NCBI GenBank assembly: GCA_965223325.1
Contig: CBDCWI010000002.1
Span: 288,001-352,000, forward strand
Reading direction: 5' to 3'
DNA from: Candidatus Multivoradales bacterium
GTDB taxonomy: Bacteria; Acidobacteriota; Thermoanaerobaculia; Multivoradales; Multivoraceae
Length of the DNA: 64,000 nucleotides
Position numbers and translations under genes: made by a program
Shown: positions 47,336-57,093 of the stretch, piece after piece
Layout of the letters: each line of letters opens with the position of its first letter
How positions within the stretch are numbered: position 1 is the first letter of the stretch
Notes under the pieces: generated by a model
Databases searched by the model: none
What the model saw: the letters and a program-made list of their open reading frames with translations, nothing else
What the model was told of the DNA's origin: nothing

Positions 47336-48157
47336 TCAGTGGAAACGAAGTGTCACGCCCAGAGATTCCTCGCGATAGCCACGCGGCAGGGGAGGAAGCG
47401 GGGACGCGTCCTGGAGCGCTCGCATGGCGGAGCGATCGAAGGTGGCGTTACCGGAAGAAGACACCAGTTGCAGGTCCTGGACCGTGCCGTCCTTCAGGAT
47501 CACGAAATGGAGTACCGCCAGCACATCGTCGCGCACCCGGGGGCGCTGCCAGACGCGCCGAATGGCGCCGCTCATCTGGTTGACGTAGTAGCCGAAGGTA
47601 AAGTCAGGGTTGTCGAACATCACCGCCTGGTTGGGCCCGGCATCGATGAACGGGTCGACCGGCTCGGCGGTTTCAGCTTCGCCCGGATCGGGCTCGGGTT
47701 GCGCCGGTTCGGGAGCGGGCGGCTGAGGTACGGGCTCAGGCTCCGGCTTCTTCTCCGGTTCCTCATCAGGGAGCACCGGAACCTCAGGGTCAGGCTCGCG
47801 AAGCGGTTCCGGTTTGACCTCGGGCTCGGGCGGCGAAGGTTCTTCTCTTGGTGGCGCGGGCTTGGGCTTCGGACGTGGTTTCTGCGGCACCTCGGGTACA
47901 GCCACCACTTCGACGTAGTCGAGCGGACGATGACGGTCGGCGAAGAGGAGCGGACCCGCCAAAGCCACCACGAGGAGAAGCGCGTGCGCGATCACCGAAC
48001 CGAGGACCGAGCGACGTCCGAACCACCGCATGCCGGTCTCGCGACGCCGTGCCAGGATCTGCTGGAGGCGTGCCGGAACCGCGGCCGAGCGCCCCTCGGA
48101 GAAGGAGATCCCGGTCGAGTTCTCGGGCCGACGGGGCGGCTGGCGCTCGAGACTCAT
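47336..48157 (-). CDS. TolA/TonB-family protein
   Basis: TM helix, Pro/Glu-rich linker, SSGNATFDRSAMRAL C-terminal domain. Confidence 0.85.
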   Translation of the reverse strand: MSLERQPPRRPENSTGISFSEGRSAAVPARLQQILARRRETGMRWFGRRSVLGSVIAHALLLVVALAGPLLFADRHRPLDYVEVVAVPEVPQKPRPKPKPAPPREEPSPPEPEVKPEPLREPDPEVPVLPDEEPEKKPEPEPVPQPPAPEPAQPEPDPGEAETAEPVDPFIDAGPNQAVMFDNPDFTFGYYVNQMSGAIRRVWQRPRVRDDVLAVLHFVILKDGTVQDLQLVSSSGNATFDRSAMRALQDASPLPPLPRGYREESLGVTLRFH

Positions 48158-48170
48158 CACCGGTGAATCG

Positions 48171-48602
48171 TCAGCTCGCCCGTGGCGGTGGATCCATGAC
48201 CAGCGCCACCCGGTTGATGCCCGCCTCGTTGAGAAGGCCGATGATCTCGGCGACATCCCCGTAGGGCACCGTGTAGTCACCGAGGAGGAAGACCGTCTTG
48301 TCGTCGCGCATTTCGACCATCGGCACCAGCTTCTCGGCGAGCTGGCTGCGGTGGACCGGGGTGTCGAGAACGAAGATCACGTCGTCGGGCCGCACCGTGA
48401 TCACCAGCGGATCGCTCTCGCTGAGCTCGAGCGTGTCGGATGCCACCCGTGGCAGGTTGACCTCGACCCCCTGATGCAGCATCGGGGTGGCGATCATGAA
48501 GATGATGAGCAGCACCAGCATGACGTCGACCAGCGGCGTCACGTTGATGTCGGCCATCACCGCGTCTTCGTCGCCACCGCTGCCTGCGCCGAGTAGTGCC
48601 AT
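48171..48602 (-). CDS. tolR: TolR/ExbD
   Basis: INVTPLVDVMLVLLIIFM. Confidence 0.92.
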   Translation of the reverse strand: MALLGAGSGGDEDAVMADINVTPLVDVMLVLLIIFMIATPMLHQGVEVNLPRVASDTLELSESDPLVITVRPDDVIFVLDTPVHRSQLAEKLVPMVEMRDDKTVFLLGDYTVPYGDVAEIIGLLNEAGINRVALVMDPPPRAS

Positions 48603-48609
48603 CGCTGCC

Positions 48610-49365
48610 TCAGGTGAAGTTGCGTTCGGTGAGGTTGAGGAACTCGAGGACGAAGTCGTCCATCTCAGCCCGGATCTGGCGTACCCGACTACCGATCTGG
48701 TTGTAGCCCACCAGCGCCGGAATCGCCGCGACCAGCCCGGCAGCCGTGTTGACCAGCGCCTCGGCGATGCCCGGTGCCACGGTCACGATCGACGCCGAGC
48801 CCGTGGCGCCGATTTCGTTGAAGGCAATCATGATTCCCCAGACGGTGCCGAAGAGGCCGATGAACGGCGCGGCGGCAGCGGTGGTGGCGAGAATCGATGT
48901 GTGGCGCGCCAACGAATGTAGCTCGACCGTCTTGGCGCGCTCGAGCGAGCGCTCGACGGCACGCATCGAAAGGATGCGGTAACGACCGTCGGACGAGTGG
49001 CCGCCCGCGCGGTCACGGCCGGCCTTCACCTGGGCGTCGATTTCGACGTAGCCCGACTGAAACAGACCGACCAGCGGCGAGGCATCGTAATGCTCGCTTG
49101 CCGAGTTGATCTCGCTGAAGCGTGCACTGCGTCGGAAGACCTGCAGGAAACTACGGCTGTGATTGCGTAGACGGCGAAAGTGGTTGTACTTGGCGACCAT
49201 CACCGACCACGAGGCGATCGACATCACAGCCAGAATCGCGAAAACCAGCATGGCGACGGGACCGGCATCCAAGAAGATGCGAACGATGCTGAACTCGCCC
49301 TCGGCAGCCTGCAGGAACACCAGAGACGAGGAAACGGGCGAGCTGGAGACGAGAGTAGAGCTCAT
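48610..49365 (-). CDS. tolQ: TolQ/ExbB
   Basis: PFIGLFGTVWGIM, VAPGIAEAL..TAAGL.AAIPA. Confidence 0.93.
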   Translation of the reverse strand: MSSTLVSSSPVSSSLVFLQAAEGEFSIVRIFLDAGPVAMLVFAILAVMSIASWSVMVAKYNHFRRLRNHSRSFLQVFRRSARFSEINSASEHYDASPLVGLFQSGYVEIDAQVKAGRDRAGGHSSDGRYRILSMRAVERSLERAKTVELHSLARHTSILATTAAAAPFIGLFGTVWGIMIAFNEIGATGSASIVTVAPGIAEALVNTAAGLVAAIPALVGYNQIGSRVRQIRAEMDDFVLEFLNLTERNFT

Positions 49366-49829
49366 GAAGACTTTTTGTGCAGGTTGCGGGGGGTGATGAG
49401 GCCGATGCGGCAACCGGGCGGCGACCGGAGAAGGAAGCGCTCGACGGGCTGGACAGTGGAGCGTGAAACCCTCCAAGTCCTTATTGCAAAGTAGCATGCG
49501 GCAATCGGGCATGTCGACGGGCGTGCCGAAAGAATGGGTTCGAGGGCCCATCCCGAAGGTCTCCTGGTCGCCGCCGGGCGACGGGAAAGGGAGTCGGTCT
49601 TCGTAGTGGCCGAGGTCCTCGAGCAAGCGCGGGGGCTGGTTGTCGTCGTAGTCGACGCGCAACCACCCCAGGAGGCCGAAAGGTGTCTTGACGAGAAACC
49701 ACTCGTCGGCCCAGAGCTCGCCTGGGCCCCACGACTCGCGGTATCGCGGCCTACGAGAGAAACCGCGAACCTGGGCGACCGACTGCCGGCTGCTTTACAA
49801 GCCAACCTCGAGCGGGCGACACTGCGGGC

Positions 49830-50624
49830 ATGCGTATCGTCGTACTCGTTCTGGCCGAACCGGACCTCGAAGGCCGGCTCGAACTCGATCCCGAGAGGCG
49901 CTCGCTCGAACCCTCGCGAACCAACTGGGAGCTTGGCGACGTCGATCGCACCTCACTCGAGCTGGCGGTCCTCGCGAAGGAAAGTGAGGGGGCGACCGTC
50001 GACGTGCTGACGGCGGTCTGGCCGGGCGGACCAGAGGGCGCGAAGATCCTGCGCTCGGCGGTCGCCCTCGGAGCAGACCATGCCCACCGCGTCACCCTGG
50101 GCGAATCGACCGGTGGGGAGCCCTCGGTCGAACAGATCGCAGACGCGCTTGCCGAGGCAGTCAGTCAACTCGCTGAGTCGACTCCAGTAGATCTCGTCCT
50201 CTGTGGGGCGCAGTCGGGCGCCGCGGGAACCGGCCTCACCGGCGGCTATCTGGCTGGCACCCTGGATTGGCAGTGGGCATGGCTGGTGACCGGCGTCCGA
50301 CCGCTCGCCGATGGTCGAACGGTCGAGGTCGAGCGTGAGCTCGAAGCGGGGGCGATCGAGCGCTCCCAGGTGGACCTACCGGCCGTTCTTGCAATCCAGG
50401 TCGGTGCTGCCGAGCCACGCATGGCGACCGTCCGCGCAACCTTGATGGCTCGCAAAGCCGCCATCAACGAACTGCTGGCGAGCGCCTCGAGTGAAGCGCC
50501 GAGAGGCCTGGCACGCCAGCGCCTGGCGGTGCCGATTCGCCACAGCAATACCGAACGCTTCGAAGGCGAGAACGCCGTCGCCGACCTCGATCGCGCCCTA
50601 CGCCGGGACGGAGTTCTGCCATGA
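49830..50624 (+). CDS. etfB: Electron transfer flavoprotein beta subunit (divergent)
   Basis: ALGAD, DLVLCGAQS, VERELE.G, LPAVL, EPR. Confidence 0.85.
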   Translation: MRIVVLVLAEPDLEGRLELDPERRSLEPSRTNWELGDVDRTSLELAVLAKESEGATVDVLTAVWPGGPEGAKILRSAVALGADHAHRVTLGESTGGEPSVEQIADALAEAVSQLAESTPVDLVLCGAQSGAAGTGLTGGYLAGTLDWQWAWLVTGVRPLADGRTVEVERELEAGAIERSQVDLPAVLAIQVGAAEPRMATVRATLMARKAAINELLASASSEAPRGLARQRLAVPIRHSNTERFEGENAVADLDRALRRDGVLP

Positions 50625-51775
50625 AGAGCGCTGGGCGCGTCAGGCTCTTGCTCCCTTGGTCAGCCGCCGTGGGGAGCAGGGCCCAAGGGAGTCGTGCCAA
50701 AGGCGCTTGGGCCGATGCACTCGACCGCCTGCTGATCGCAGCCCGGCTCAGAACGCTCCTGGCAACGGGCAGCGGCAACCCCGAGACAGCCATTGCGCTC
50801 GAGATCGTCATGGTGGTCGACGATCCCGAAGGCGAGGGCTCAAGGGCCAGCGAGCAAACGGCGCTCGACCTTGCGACCCAGGTCCGCCAGGAGACGCACG
50901 TCGACGTCGACCGCATCGAGTGCCTCCTGTTCGAAGAACCCTCACGGGAACACGCAACCGGCTACTCACCCCGGCGCTGGGCGGCGGCGCTCGATCTTCG
51001 TCAGTCGTCGCCAGGCGAGCGCGTCACCGACTGGCTCCTGGCTGGCGACGACTACCAGAGCGCCGAGCTTGTCGGGCTGCTTGCGGCGCAGCTCGGTGGC
51101 GCCGCGTTGACCAACGTCGAAGGTTTCCAACCGGGCCACGGGGGCGAGGTTCTCCTCCAGCGGCGTGAGTACCAGGGGAAGCTCCTCGGCACCTACGCGG
51201 TGCCGGCGATGAGCCAACTGGTGTTGACCGTACGCTCTGGAGCGACCGTTGAGACCAGCGATGACGACGCTCTCGGTTCCCATGACGACCTTCCAGCAGC
51301 TGAAGTCGTCGTCACCTCCGTCGAGGCCTCTGTCGCAGATCGCCAGGTGCTGGCGACCGAGAAGCCTGACAGCGAGTCCATTGACCTCGGACATGCGCAG
51401 CGGCTGGTGTCTGCGGGCCGCGGCGTCGGCAGCGCCGAAGGCATCGCACCCCTGAGAGAACTCGCCGCGCGCCTCGATGCCACGCTCTCGGCCAGCCGGC
51501 CGGTTGTCGACGCCGGCTGGCTCGAGCGCCAGCGCCAGGTCGGCTCGAGCGGCCAAACCGTTTCACCAGAGCTCTACATCGCGGTTGGAATCTCCGGCTC
51601 GATCCAGCACCTGCAGGGCATGCAGGCTTCGAAGTGCATTGTGGCCATCAACGACGATCCCGAAGCGCCGATCTGGTCGGTGGCGCGTTACGGCATCTGC
51701 CGTGACCTGCACTCGGTTGTCCCGCAATGGGTGCGGTACCTCGACGAGGACGAGGACGAGGGCGAGGAGAACTGA
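50621..51775 (+). CDS. etfA: Electron transfer flavoprotein alpha subunit
   Basis: [39 protein letters not shown]. Confidence 0.9.
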   Translation: MKSAGRVRLLLPWSAAVGSRAQGSRAKGAWADALDRLLIAARLRTLLATGSGNPETAIALEIVMVVDDPEGEGSRASEQTALDLATQVRQETHVDVDRIECLLFEEPSREHATGYSPRRWAAALDLRQSSPGERVTDWLLAGDDYQSAELVGLLAAQLGGAALTNVEGFQPGHGGEVLLQRREYQGKLLGTYAVPAMSQLVLTVRSGATVETSDDDALGSHDDLPAAEVVVTSVEASVADRQVLATEKPDSESIDLGHAQRLVSAGRGVGSAEGIAPLRELAARLDATLSASRPVVDAGWLERQRQVGSSGQTVSPELYIAVGISGSIQHLQGMQASKCIVAINDDPEAPIWSVARYGICRDLHSVVPQWVRYLDEDEDEGEEN

Positions 51776-51784
51776 CGGGCCGGC

Positions 51785-52552
51785 CTACCGGTGTGCCCAA
51801 TGAAAGAGCGCGATCGAAGCGGCGACCACCGCATTGAGCGATTCGACCCCATCGGCGACCGGAATCGTGAGCCGCCTGGCGCAACGGTCCGCGAAGGCCG
51901 CCGACAGACCCGGACCCTCAGCCCCCACCACCAGCACCCCGCTGGCTGGCAGCTCGGCTTCGAAGAGGTTCTCGCCGGCAGCCGGGACGAGGGCCAACCA
52001 CTCATCCGGCAGCCCGTCGAGTTCCGGCTGTTCCAAACCCTGATGGGGCGAAAGCTGGCGCAGCGGAACGTCGAGCAGCGCACCCGCCGAGGCGCGCAAC
52101 GCCCGTGCATGACCGGGACTCGCACAGGTGCCGGAGAGAATCATCCCGGCTCCACAGCCGCGCACCGACCGTGCCAGCGCTCCCAGGTTGCCCGGGTCCT
52201 GGATGCCGTCGAGACACAGCCAGCGCGTCGGACCGGCCGCTCCCGCTCTGGAGTCACAGCGAGCGGTGACGACACCCAGGAGACCTCGGGGACTGTCGGC
52301 ATCGGCCAGTTCATCGAGGAGAGCCGGCTCGACGGTTGTGGCTTCGAGCGGGCAGCGCCCGAGCAACTCTCTATGCAGTTCCTGCGCTTCGGGGGTCGCG
52401 AGCAGGGTCTCGAAAGTGAGCCCCAGCTCGACGGCGCGCGCGATCAGGTGCGGCCCTTCGAGGAGCAGGCGCCCCGAGCGTCTTCCTTTACTCGTTCGGA
52501 GGCGACGAATATCCTTCAGCCGCGGGTTCATTCTGCTCGAGATCTGATGCAT
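51785..52552 (-). CDS. TrmH/SpoU-family RNA methyltransferase
   Basis: DGIQDPGNLGA..RS, GAEGPGL, ESLNA. Confidence 0.9.
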   Translation of the reverse strand: MHQISSRMNPRLKDIRRLRTSKGRRSGRLLLEGPHLIARAVELGLTFETLLATPEAQELHRELLGRCPLEATTVEPALLDELADADSPRGLLGVVTARCDSRAGAAGPTRWLCLDGIQDPGNLGALARSVRGCGAGMILSGTCASPGHARALRASAGALLDVPLRQLSPHQGLEQPELDGLPDEWLALVPAAGENLFEAELPASGVLVVGAEGPGLSAAFADRCARRLTIPVADGVESLNAVVAASIALFHWAHR

Positions 52553-52555
52553 ACG

Positions 52556-53161
52556 ATGGGCTTTGGCCAGTTCTGGGAGACGTTTCAGTCGGGAGTCGAG
52601 ATCGCCGTTGGGGGAACCGATCCCGACAAGCTGCTCGGCGTGCGGGACGGTTTCCAACGCTACTTCCACGACGGTCTGAGACGACCGGTAGCGATTACGG
52701 TTCACCCGGAAGAAGAACCCGATGCGGGTACCGTCCTGCCGTTCAGTGACGAGGAGACCCTCGAGCTGGCGCGTGACCGAGCCCTCGAGCTCCGCGCCCG
52801 CACCGAAGGAGAGTACGCCTTCTACGCCTGCTCCGAAACGGGCCTGCACAGCCTACGCCTCGAGCAGGGCCTGCTGCACTTCGTGCGCACCTGGACGCAC
52901 GTCGTCGGACGGGCGGGGGAGGCCTCGGGCGCCAGTGGCTCCGTGCAGCTGCCCCACGCTGTGGTCGACGGCCTCGAAGAGACCGGCGATGTCTGGATGT
53001 CGGTGCCGGGAAAACGTCGCCGGGGAGGCATGACCGCGTCGCTGACCGGTGGCCTCGAGAGTCGCCGCCACGCGGTTGCACACTCGACCCTGTTGGCGAT
53101 CTCGACCCTGTTCTATGGGGTGGTCGAGAACCGTCCTCCGTCCCGTCGACCGGGCCTCTGA
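52556..53161 (+). CDS. YjjX/DUF84-like inosine/xanthosine triphosphatase homolog
   Basis: IAVGGTDPDK, P.SDEET...A..RA, SETG, G....LTGG...R. Confidence 0.7.
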   Translation: MGFGQFWETFQSGVEIAVGGTDPDKLLGVRDGFQRYFHDGLRRPVAITVHPEEEPDAGTVLPFSDEETLELARDRALELRARTEGEYAFYACSETGLHSLRLEQGLLHFVRTWTHVVGRAGEASGASGSVQLPHAVVDGLEETGDVWMSVPGKRRRGGMTASLTGGLESRRHAVAHSTLLAISTLFYGVVENRPPSRRPGL

Positions 53162-53289
53162 AAAGGGCGGGTCGCAAGGCCTCGATGCAGCGACCCGAGG
53201 CGCGGGAACGGCCTGACGGTCTGCTACGATCCGCGCGAATCAACCCCCGGCGGAACTCACCGGAGTCCTGAGGTCAAGGAAAGGTCTTC

Positions 53290-54429
53290 ATGGCAAAGAA
53301 CAGTTATCTCTTCACTTCCGAATCGGTCACCGAAGGCCACCCCGACAAGGTCGCCGACCAGATCTCGGATGCGGTTCTCGACGCTGTTCTCGAGCAGGAC
53401 CCGATGGGACGAGTCGCCTGCGAAACGCTGGTCAACACCGGTCTCGCCCTGATGGCGGGGGAGATCACCACCACCGCGCAGCTCGACTTCCCCGGCATCG
53501 CCCGTCGCATGATCCGCGAGATTGGCTACACCGACCCGATGTATCGCTTCGATGCCGACGGCTGCTCGGTGCAGTCAGCGATCGATCCGCAGTCGCCCGA
53601 CATTGCGATGGGCGTCGACACCGGCGGCGCAGGCGACCAGGGCTTGATGTTCGGCTATGCCTGCCGCGAGACCGACGAGCTCATGCCCATGCCGATCATG
53701 CAGGCCCACGCACTGAGCCACGGCCTGGCCCGTCTCCGCAAAGACGGCTCGATCGCCTGGCTGCGGCCGGACGGCAAGAGCCAGGTCACCGTCGAGTACG
53801 ACCTCGATGGCACGCCACGCCGCGTTCACACCGTCGTCGTCTCGACCCAGCACGACGAGGGTGTAACCCAGACGGAAATCAAGCAAACACTCGTTGACGA
53901 GCTCATCAAACCCACCCTTGGCAGCCACATCGACGACGACACGATCTTCCACGTCAATCCAACCGGCAACTTCGTCGTCGGTGGTCCGCATGGAGACAGC
54001 GGCCTCACCGGTCGCAAGATCATCGTCGATACCTACGGCGGAGTAGGCCACCACGGCGGCGGCGCCTTCTCGGGCAAGGACCCAACCAAGGTCGACCGCT
54101 CCGCCAGCTACATGGCGCGCTACGTCGCCAAGAACCTGATCGCTGGCCGCCTGGCCGAGAGGGTCGAGGTCCAACTCGCCTACGCGATTGGGGTGGTCGA
54201 GCCGGTTTCAGTGCACGTCGAAAGCGGCGGCACCGGCAAGATCTCCGATCGCGAGATCGAAGAGATCGTCAGCGACATCTTCCCGCTGAGCCCGGCGGGG
54301 ATCATCGAGCACCTCGATCTAAGAAAGCCGATCTACCGGCCGACCGCAGCCTACGGCCACTTCGGGCGCCCCGAGTTCTCGTGGGAGAACATCGACAAGG
54401 CCGAGAAACTCAGCACCTTCGCCGGCTAG
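53290..54429 (+). CDS. metK: S-adenosylmethionine synthetase
   Basis: [43 protein letters not shown]. Confidence 0.98.
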   Translation: MAKNSYLFTSESVTEGHPDKVADQISDAVLDAVLEQDPMGRVACETLVNTGLALMAGEITTTAQLDFPGIARRMIREIGYTDPMYRFDADGCSVQSAIDPQSPDIAMGVDTGGAGDQGLMFGYACRETDELMPMPIMQAHALSHGLARLRKDGSIAWLRPDGKSQVTVEYDLDGTPRRVHTVVVSTQHDEGVTQTEIKQTLVDELIKPTLGSHIDDDTIFHVNPTGNFVVGGPHGDSGLTGRKIIVDTYGGVGHHGGGAFSGKDPTKVDRSASYMARYVAKNLIAGRLAERVEVQLAYAIGVVEPVSVHVESGGTGKISDREIEEIVSDIFPLSPAGIIEHLDLRKPIYRPTAAYGHFGRPEFSWENIDKAEKLSTFAG

Positions 54430-54462
54430 ACTTCGCCGGCTAGGCTTTGTTGACTCCGTGCC

Positions 54463-56877
54463 TCAGGTTCGGACCCCGAGGAACAGGTAGAGGGAGAACG
54501 TGCTGAAGAGCACGTTCGGGCTCCACACCGCCACTGCCGGCGGCAACGCACCGGCTTCGCCAAGCGTGGTGAAGAAGGCGATGATGCCGTAGAAGGCAAT
54601 GCCAACGGCGAGGCTTATGCCAATGCCATAGAGGGCACCGCGCTTGCCGAGCCGGAAGGCAAAGGGCAGGGCAACCAGGGCCATGACGATGCAGACGATC
54701 GGCATGGCGATCTTGTTGTGCAACTCGACCTCGAGGTTGGGCACGTTCTCGCCAGCGGATCGAAGTTCCGCGACGTATTCGCGGAACTCACCGAGTGACA
54801 TGCGATCGGGGCTTTTGACCTGACTGTCGAAGAAGTCCGGCAGCTCGGGAATGTCGATCGGAGTCGCCTTGGTGATCTCAGTGAAAGCGCTCAACCGATC
54901 TTCTTTGTAGGTCCTCGCCCAGCCATCTTTCACGAACCACTTGCCGTCACGGTAGAGCGCCTGGCTAGCCCATAGGCGGCCGGTGGGCCGGTGGTTCTGA
55001 TCGAAGCGAAAGACCTGCAGGCGCTGTACGTAGAGCCGACGTGGGTCGTAGTGGCCGTAGTTGAAGATGAAGTTCTGCTCACCGTGCTCGGCGTGCAACC
55101 AGTTGCGGTCTGGCCGCCTGAACGAGCGCGTTGCGGTACGCCCCTTGATGACGTCCTCGTACTCGGCGACCTTGGTGTTGGTTACCGGAAGGACATAGGT
55201 CTGCAGAACAACCGAAAAGAGCGCCACCAGGAAGGAGAGAAAGAGAGCCGGCATGGCCAGGCGGTAGAGACTCATGCCGACTGCCTTGGCGGCGGTGATC
55301 TCGTTGCTGTAGGAGAGCACCGCGAACGTCGTGAGGGTGGTCAGCAACACGATGATCGGTGCCATCTGGTAGAAGATCTGGAGCGAAAAGTAGCGGTAGT
55401 AGGCAAAGACCACCCCGCCGGAGACGCCGTTTTCCATGACCTCGTCGACGAGCTCTGTGAAGTCGGCGATCACGTAGACCGCGAGCACTGCGGCGACAAC
55501 GGTAGCGAGGGTACGGCCGTAGAGCTTCATGATGTAGCGATCGAAGACGTTGGGGAAGCGCACCGTGAAGCGCGGGAACCGCACCAGGAAGTGGGTCGCG
55601 TCGCGTAGGCGGGGTCGCTGGCCGGCAATGCGCTCCGGCTTCTCGAGCGCGCCACGAGCCGCCCCGCCGTTCTCGCTCTTCTGTTTGGCCCTGCGAAACT
55701 GGCGCAGGCGCTGGCGCGCGAGGACGCGGGCCCAGAAGTGCTCTCGAATCCACCGATCGATGCCCGAGAGCATCAGACTCTGGTCGCGGTTCTTGCGCCA
55801 CAGCAGAAACGCTCCGGCGACCGCAAACAAGATGTTCGGCCCCCACATCGCGAGCCAGGGGCTGATGTTGCCCTGGGCGGCGTTCTCTTCGCCGTTCGAA
55901 AGCAGGACGTAGAACGCCAGGATGACGGCCACCGAGAGCACGAAGCCCGAGGACCGGCCGCCGCGCCGGTTGGAGAAGCCGAGCGGCAAACCGAACAAGC
56001 CGAAAACCAGACAGGCCGCTGGAATGGCGAAGCGCTTGTGAATCTCGACCCGGGCGAGCCGCTGGCGGTAGGCGCCGCCGTCTTGATCGACGACCACAGC
56101 GCGCAGTTCGTCGAGATTCATCGCTCGCAGGCTCTTCGACACACTGATGACGGAACGCCGATCCTCACGCAGCGGGAAGCGGCGCACGCGTTCGACAACC
56201 TGCTCGAGTTTCTCGGGCCGGTTCAAGTCGACCTTTTCGTGCCGCGAGTTGCGCAGCACCAGCTCGATCTCGCCGCTGTCACCGGTGCGCAGCTCACCCT
56301 GGTCTGCAGTGAGAACTTCGTTCTCGACCAGGGGCAGAGCGTCGGAGAGAAACATGCCCGACCACTTGCCGTCGGGAGTTTCACCGGTGAAGTAGAGGAT
56401 CTTGTCGTTGAGCTCGTGAAACACCCGCGGGTTGAGGTCTTGCACCAGGCCGGCAGAGCGGATCTCTTCCTGCATTTCGAGGAAGCGCACACTGGCGCGC
56501 GGCATCACATCGATGATCAGCCAACCGGTGAGCAGGGTGAGGATCGCCGAGAACAAAAGGAGCGGCCGATAGAGCCAGAACAGGCTCACCCCCGAAGCTC
56601 GCATCGCGATCAGTTCGCTATCCGCTGAAAGGCGACCGACGGCGATCAGCAGGCCGAACAGAAAGGCCATCGGAATCGTCAACACCAGAATGTTGGGAAG
56701 ATTCAGAGCGAGAAGCTCGAGCACCGTCCCCAGCGAGACCCCGGCATTCACGATCACCTTGGCGATGTCGTAGAGCGCATCCATCAGGAGGATGAAGGTG
56801 AAAACCACCAGCCCGAGCAGGAAGGGGCCGAGCGCCTCCCTGAAGACGTAGGCGTCGAGTTTGCGAATGAGGGGCAT
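54463..56877 (-). CDS. LPS export permease LptF-LptG fusion
   Basis: Two YjgP/Q repeats (DSELIAMRASGVS; NEITAAKAVGMS), each ending W.PN. Confidence 0.9.
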   Translation of the reverse strand: MPLIRKLDAYVFREALGPFLLGLVVFTFILLMDALYDIAKVIVNAGVSLGTVLELLALNLPNILVLTIPMAFLFGLLIAVGRLSADSELIAMRASGVSLFWLYRPLLLFSAILTLLTGWLIIDVMPRASVRFLEMQEEIRSAGLVQDLNPRVFHELNDKILYFTGETPDGKWSGMFLSDALPLVENEVLTADQGELRTGDSGEIELVLRNSRHEKVDLNRPEKLEQVVERVRRFPLREDRRSVISVSKSLRAMNLDELRAVVVDQDGGAYRQRLARVEIHKRFAIPAACLVFGLFGLPLGFSNRRGGRSSGFVLSVAVILAFYVLLSNGEENAAQGNISPWLAMWGPNILFAVAGAFLLWRKNRDQSLMLSGIDRWIREHFWARVLARQRLRQFRRAKQKSENGGAARGALEKPERIAGQRPRLRDATHFLVRFPRFTVRFPNVFDRYIMKLYGRTLATVVAAVLAVYVIADFTELVDEVMENGVSGGVVFAYYRYFSLQIFYQMAPIIVLLTTLTTFAVLSYSNEITAAKAVGMSLYRLAMPALFLSFLVALFSVVLQTYVLPVTNTKVAEYEDVIKGRTATRSFRRPDRNWLHAEHGEQNFIFNYGHYDPRRLYVQRLQVFRFDQNHRPTGRLWASQALYRDGKWFVKDGWARTYKEDRLSAFTEITKATPIDIPELPDFFDSQVKSPDRMSLGEFREYVAELRSAGENVPNLEVELHNKIAMPIVCIVMALVALPFAFRLGKRGALYGIGISLAVGIAFYGIIAFFTTLGEAGALPPAVAVWSPNVLFSTFSLYLFLGVRT

Positions 56878-56966
56878 GGTCGGCTTGATTCTTACCCAAC
56901 GGGCTCGAGAGCATGAAACACCCTCTGGGGACCACGGCGCCATGACCTGCCGCGAAAGACCACACA

Positions 56967-56997
56967 GCCCGGCCGTGCTCGTTGAGCAGGCCGGGCC
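56967..56997 (-). terminator. Hairpin downstream of the TonB-dependent receptor
   Basis: GCCCGGCC.TGCTC-GTT-GAGCA-GGCCGGGC stem. Confidence 0.45.
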
Positions 56998-57093
56998 TCA
57001 GGGGGTGGGGGAGTGTCCCCGAAAGCGGACCGCCACGCTTCGCTAGCTCGGTGCGCTAGCTCTGTTCCGGCTCGGTGCAGCCCGATGCTTCAC

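Noticed and set aside
53162-53289. SAM riboswitch upstream of metK
   Set aside because: Only a simple hairpin (CGGGTCGC...GCGACCCG) and a TG-TACGAT extended -10-like sequence; no recognisable SAM aptamer core.
54417-54443. 13-bp tandem duplication CTTCGCCGGCTAG at the metK stop
   Set aside because: Real but short; consistent with slippage, with no associated element.
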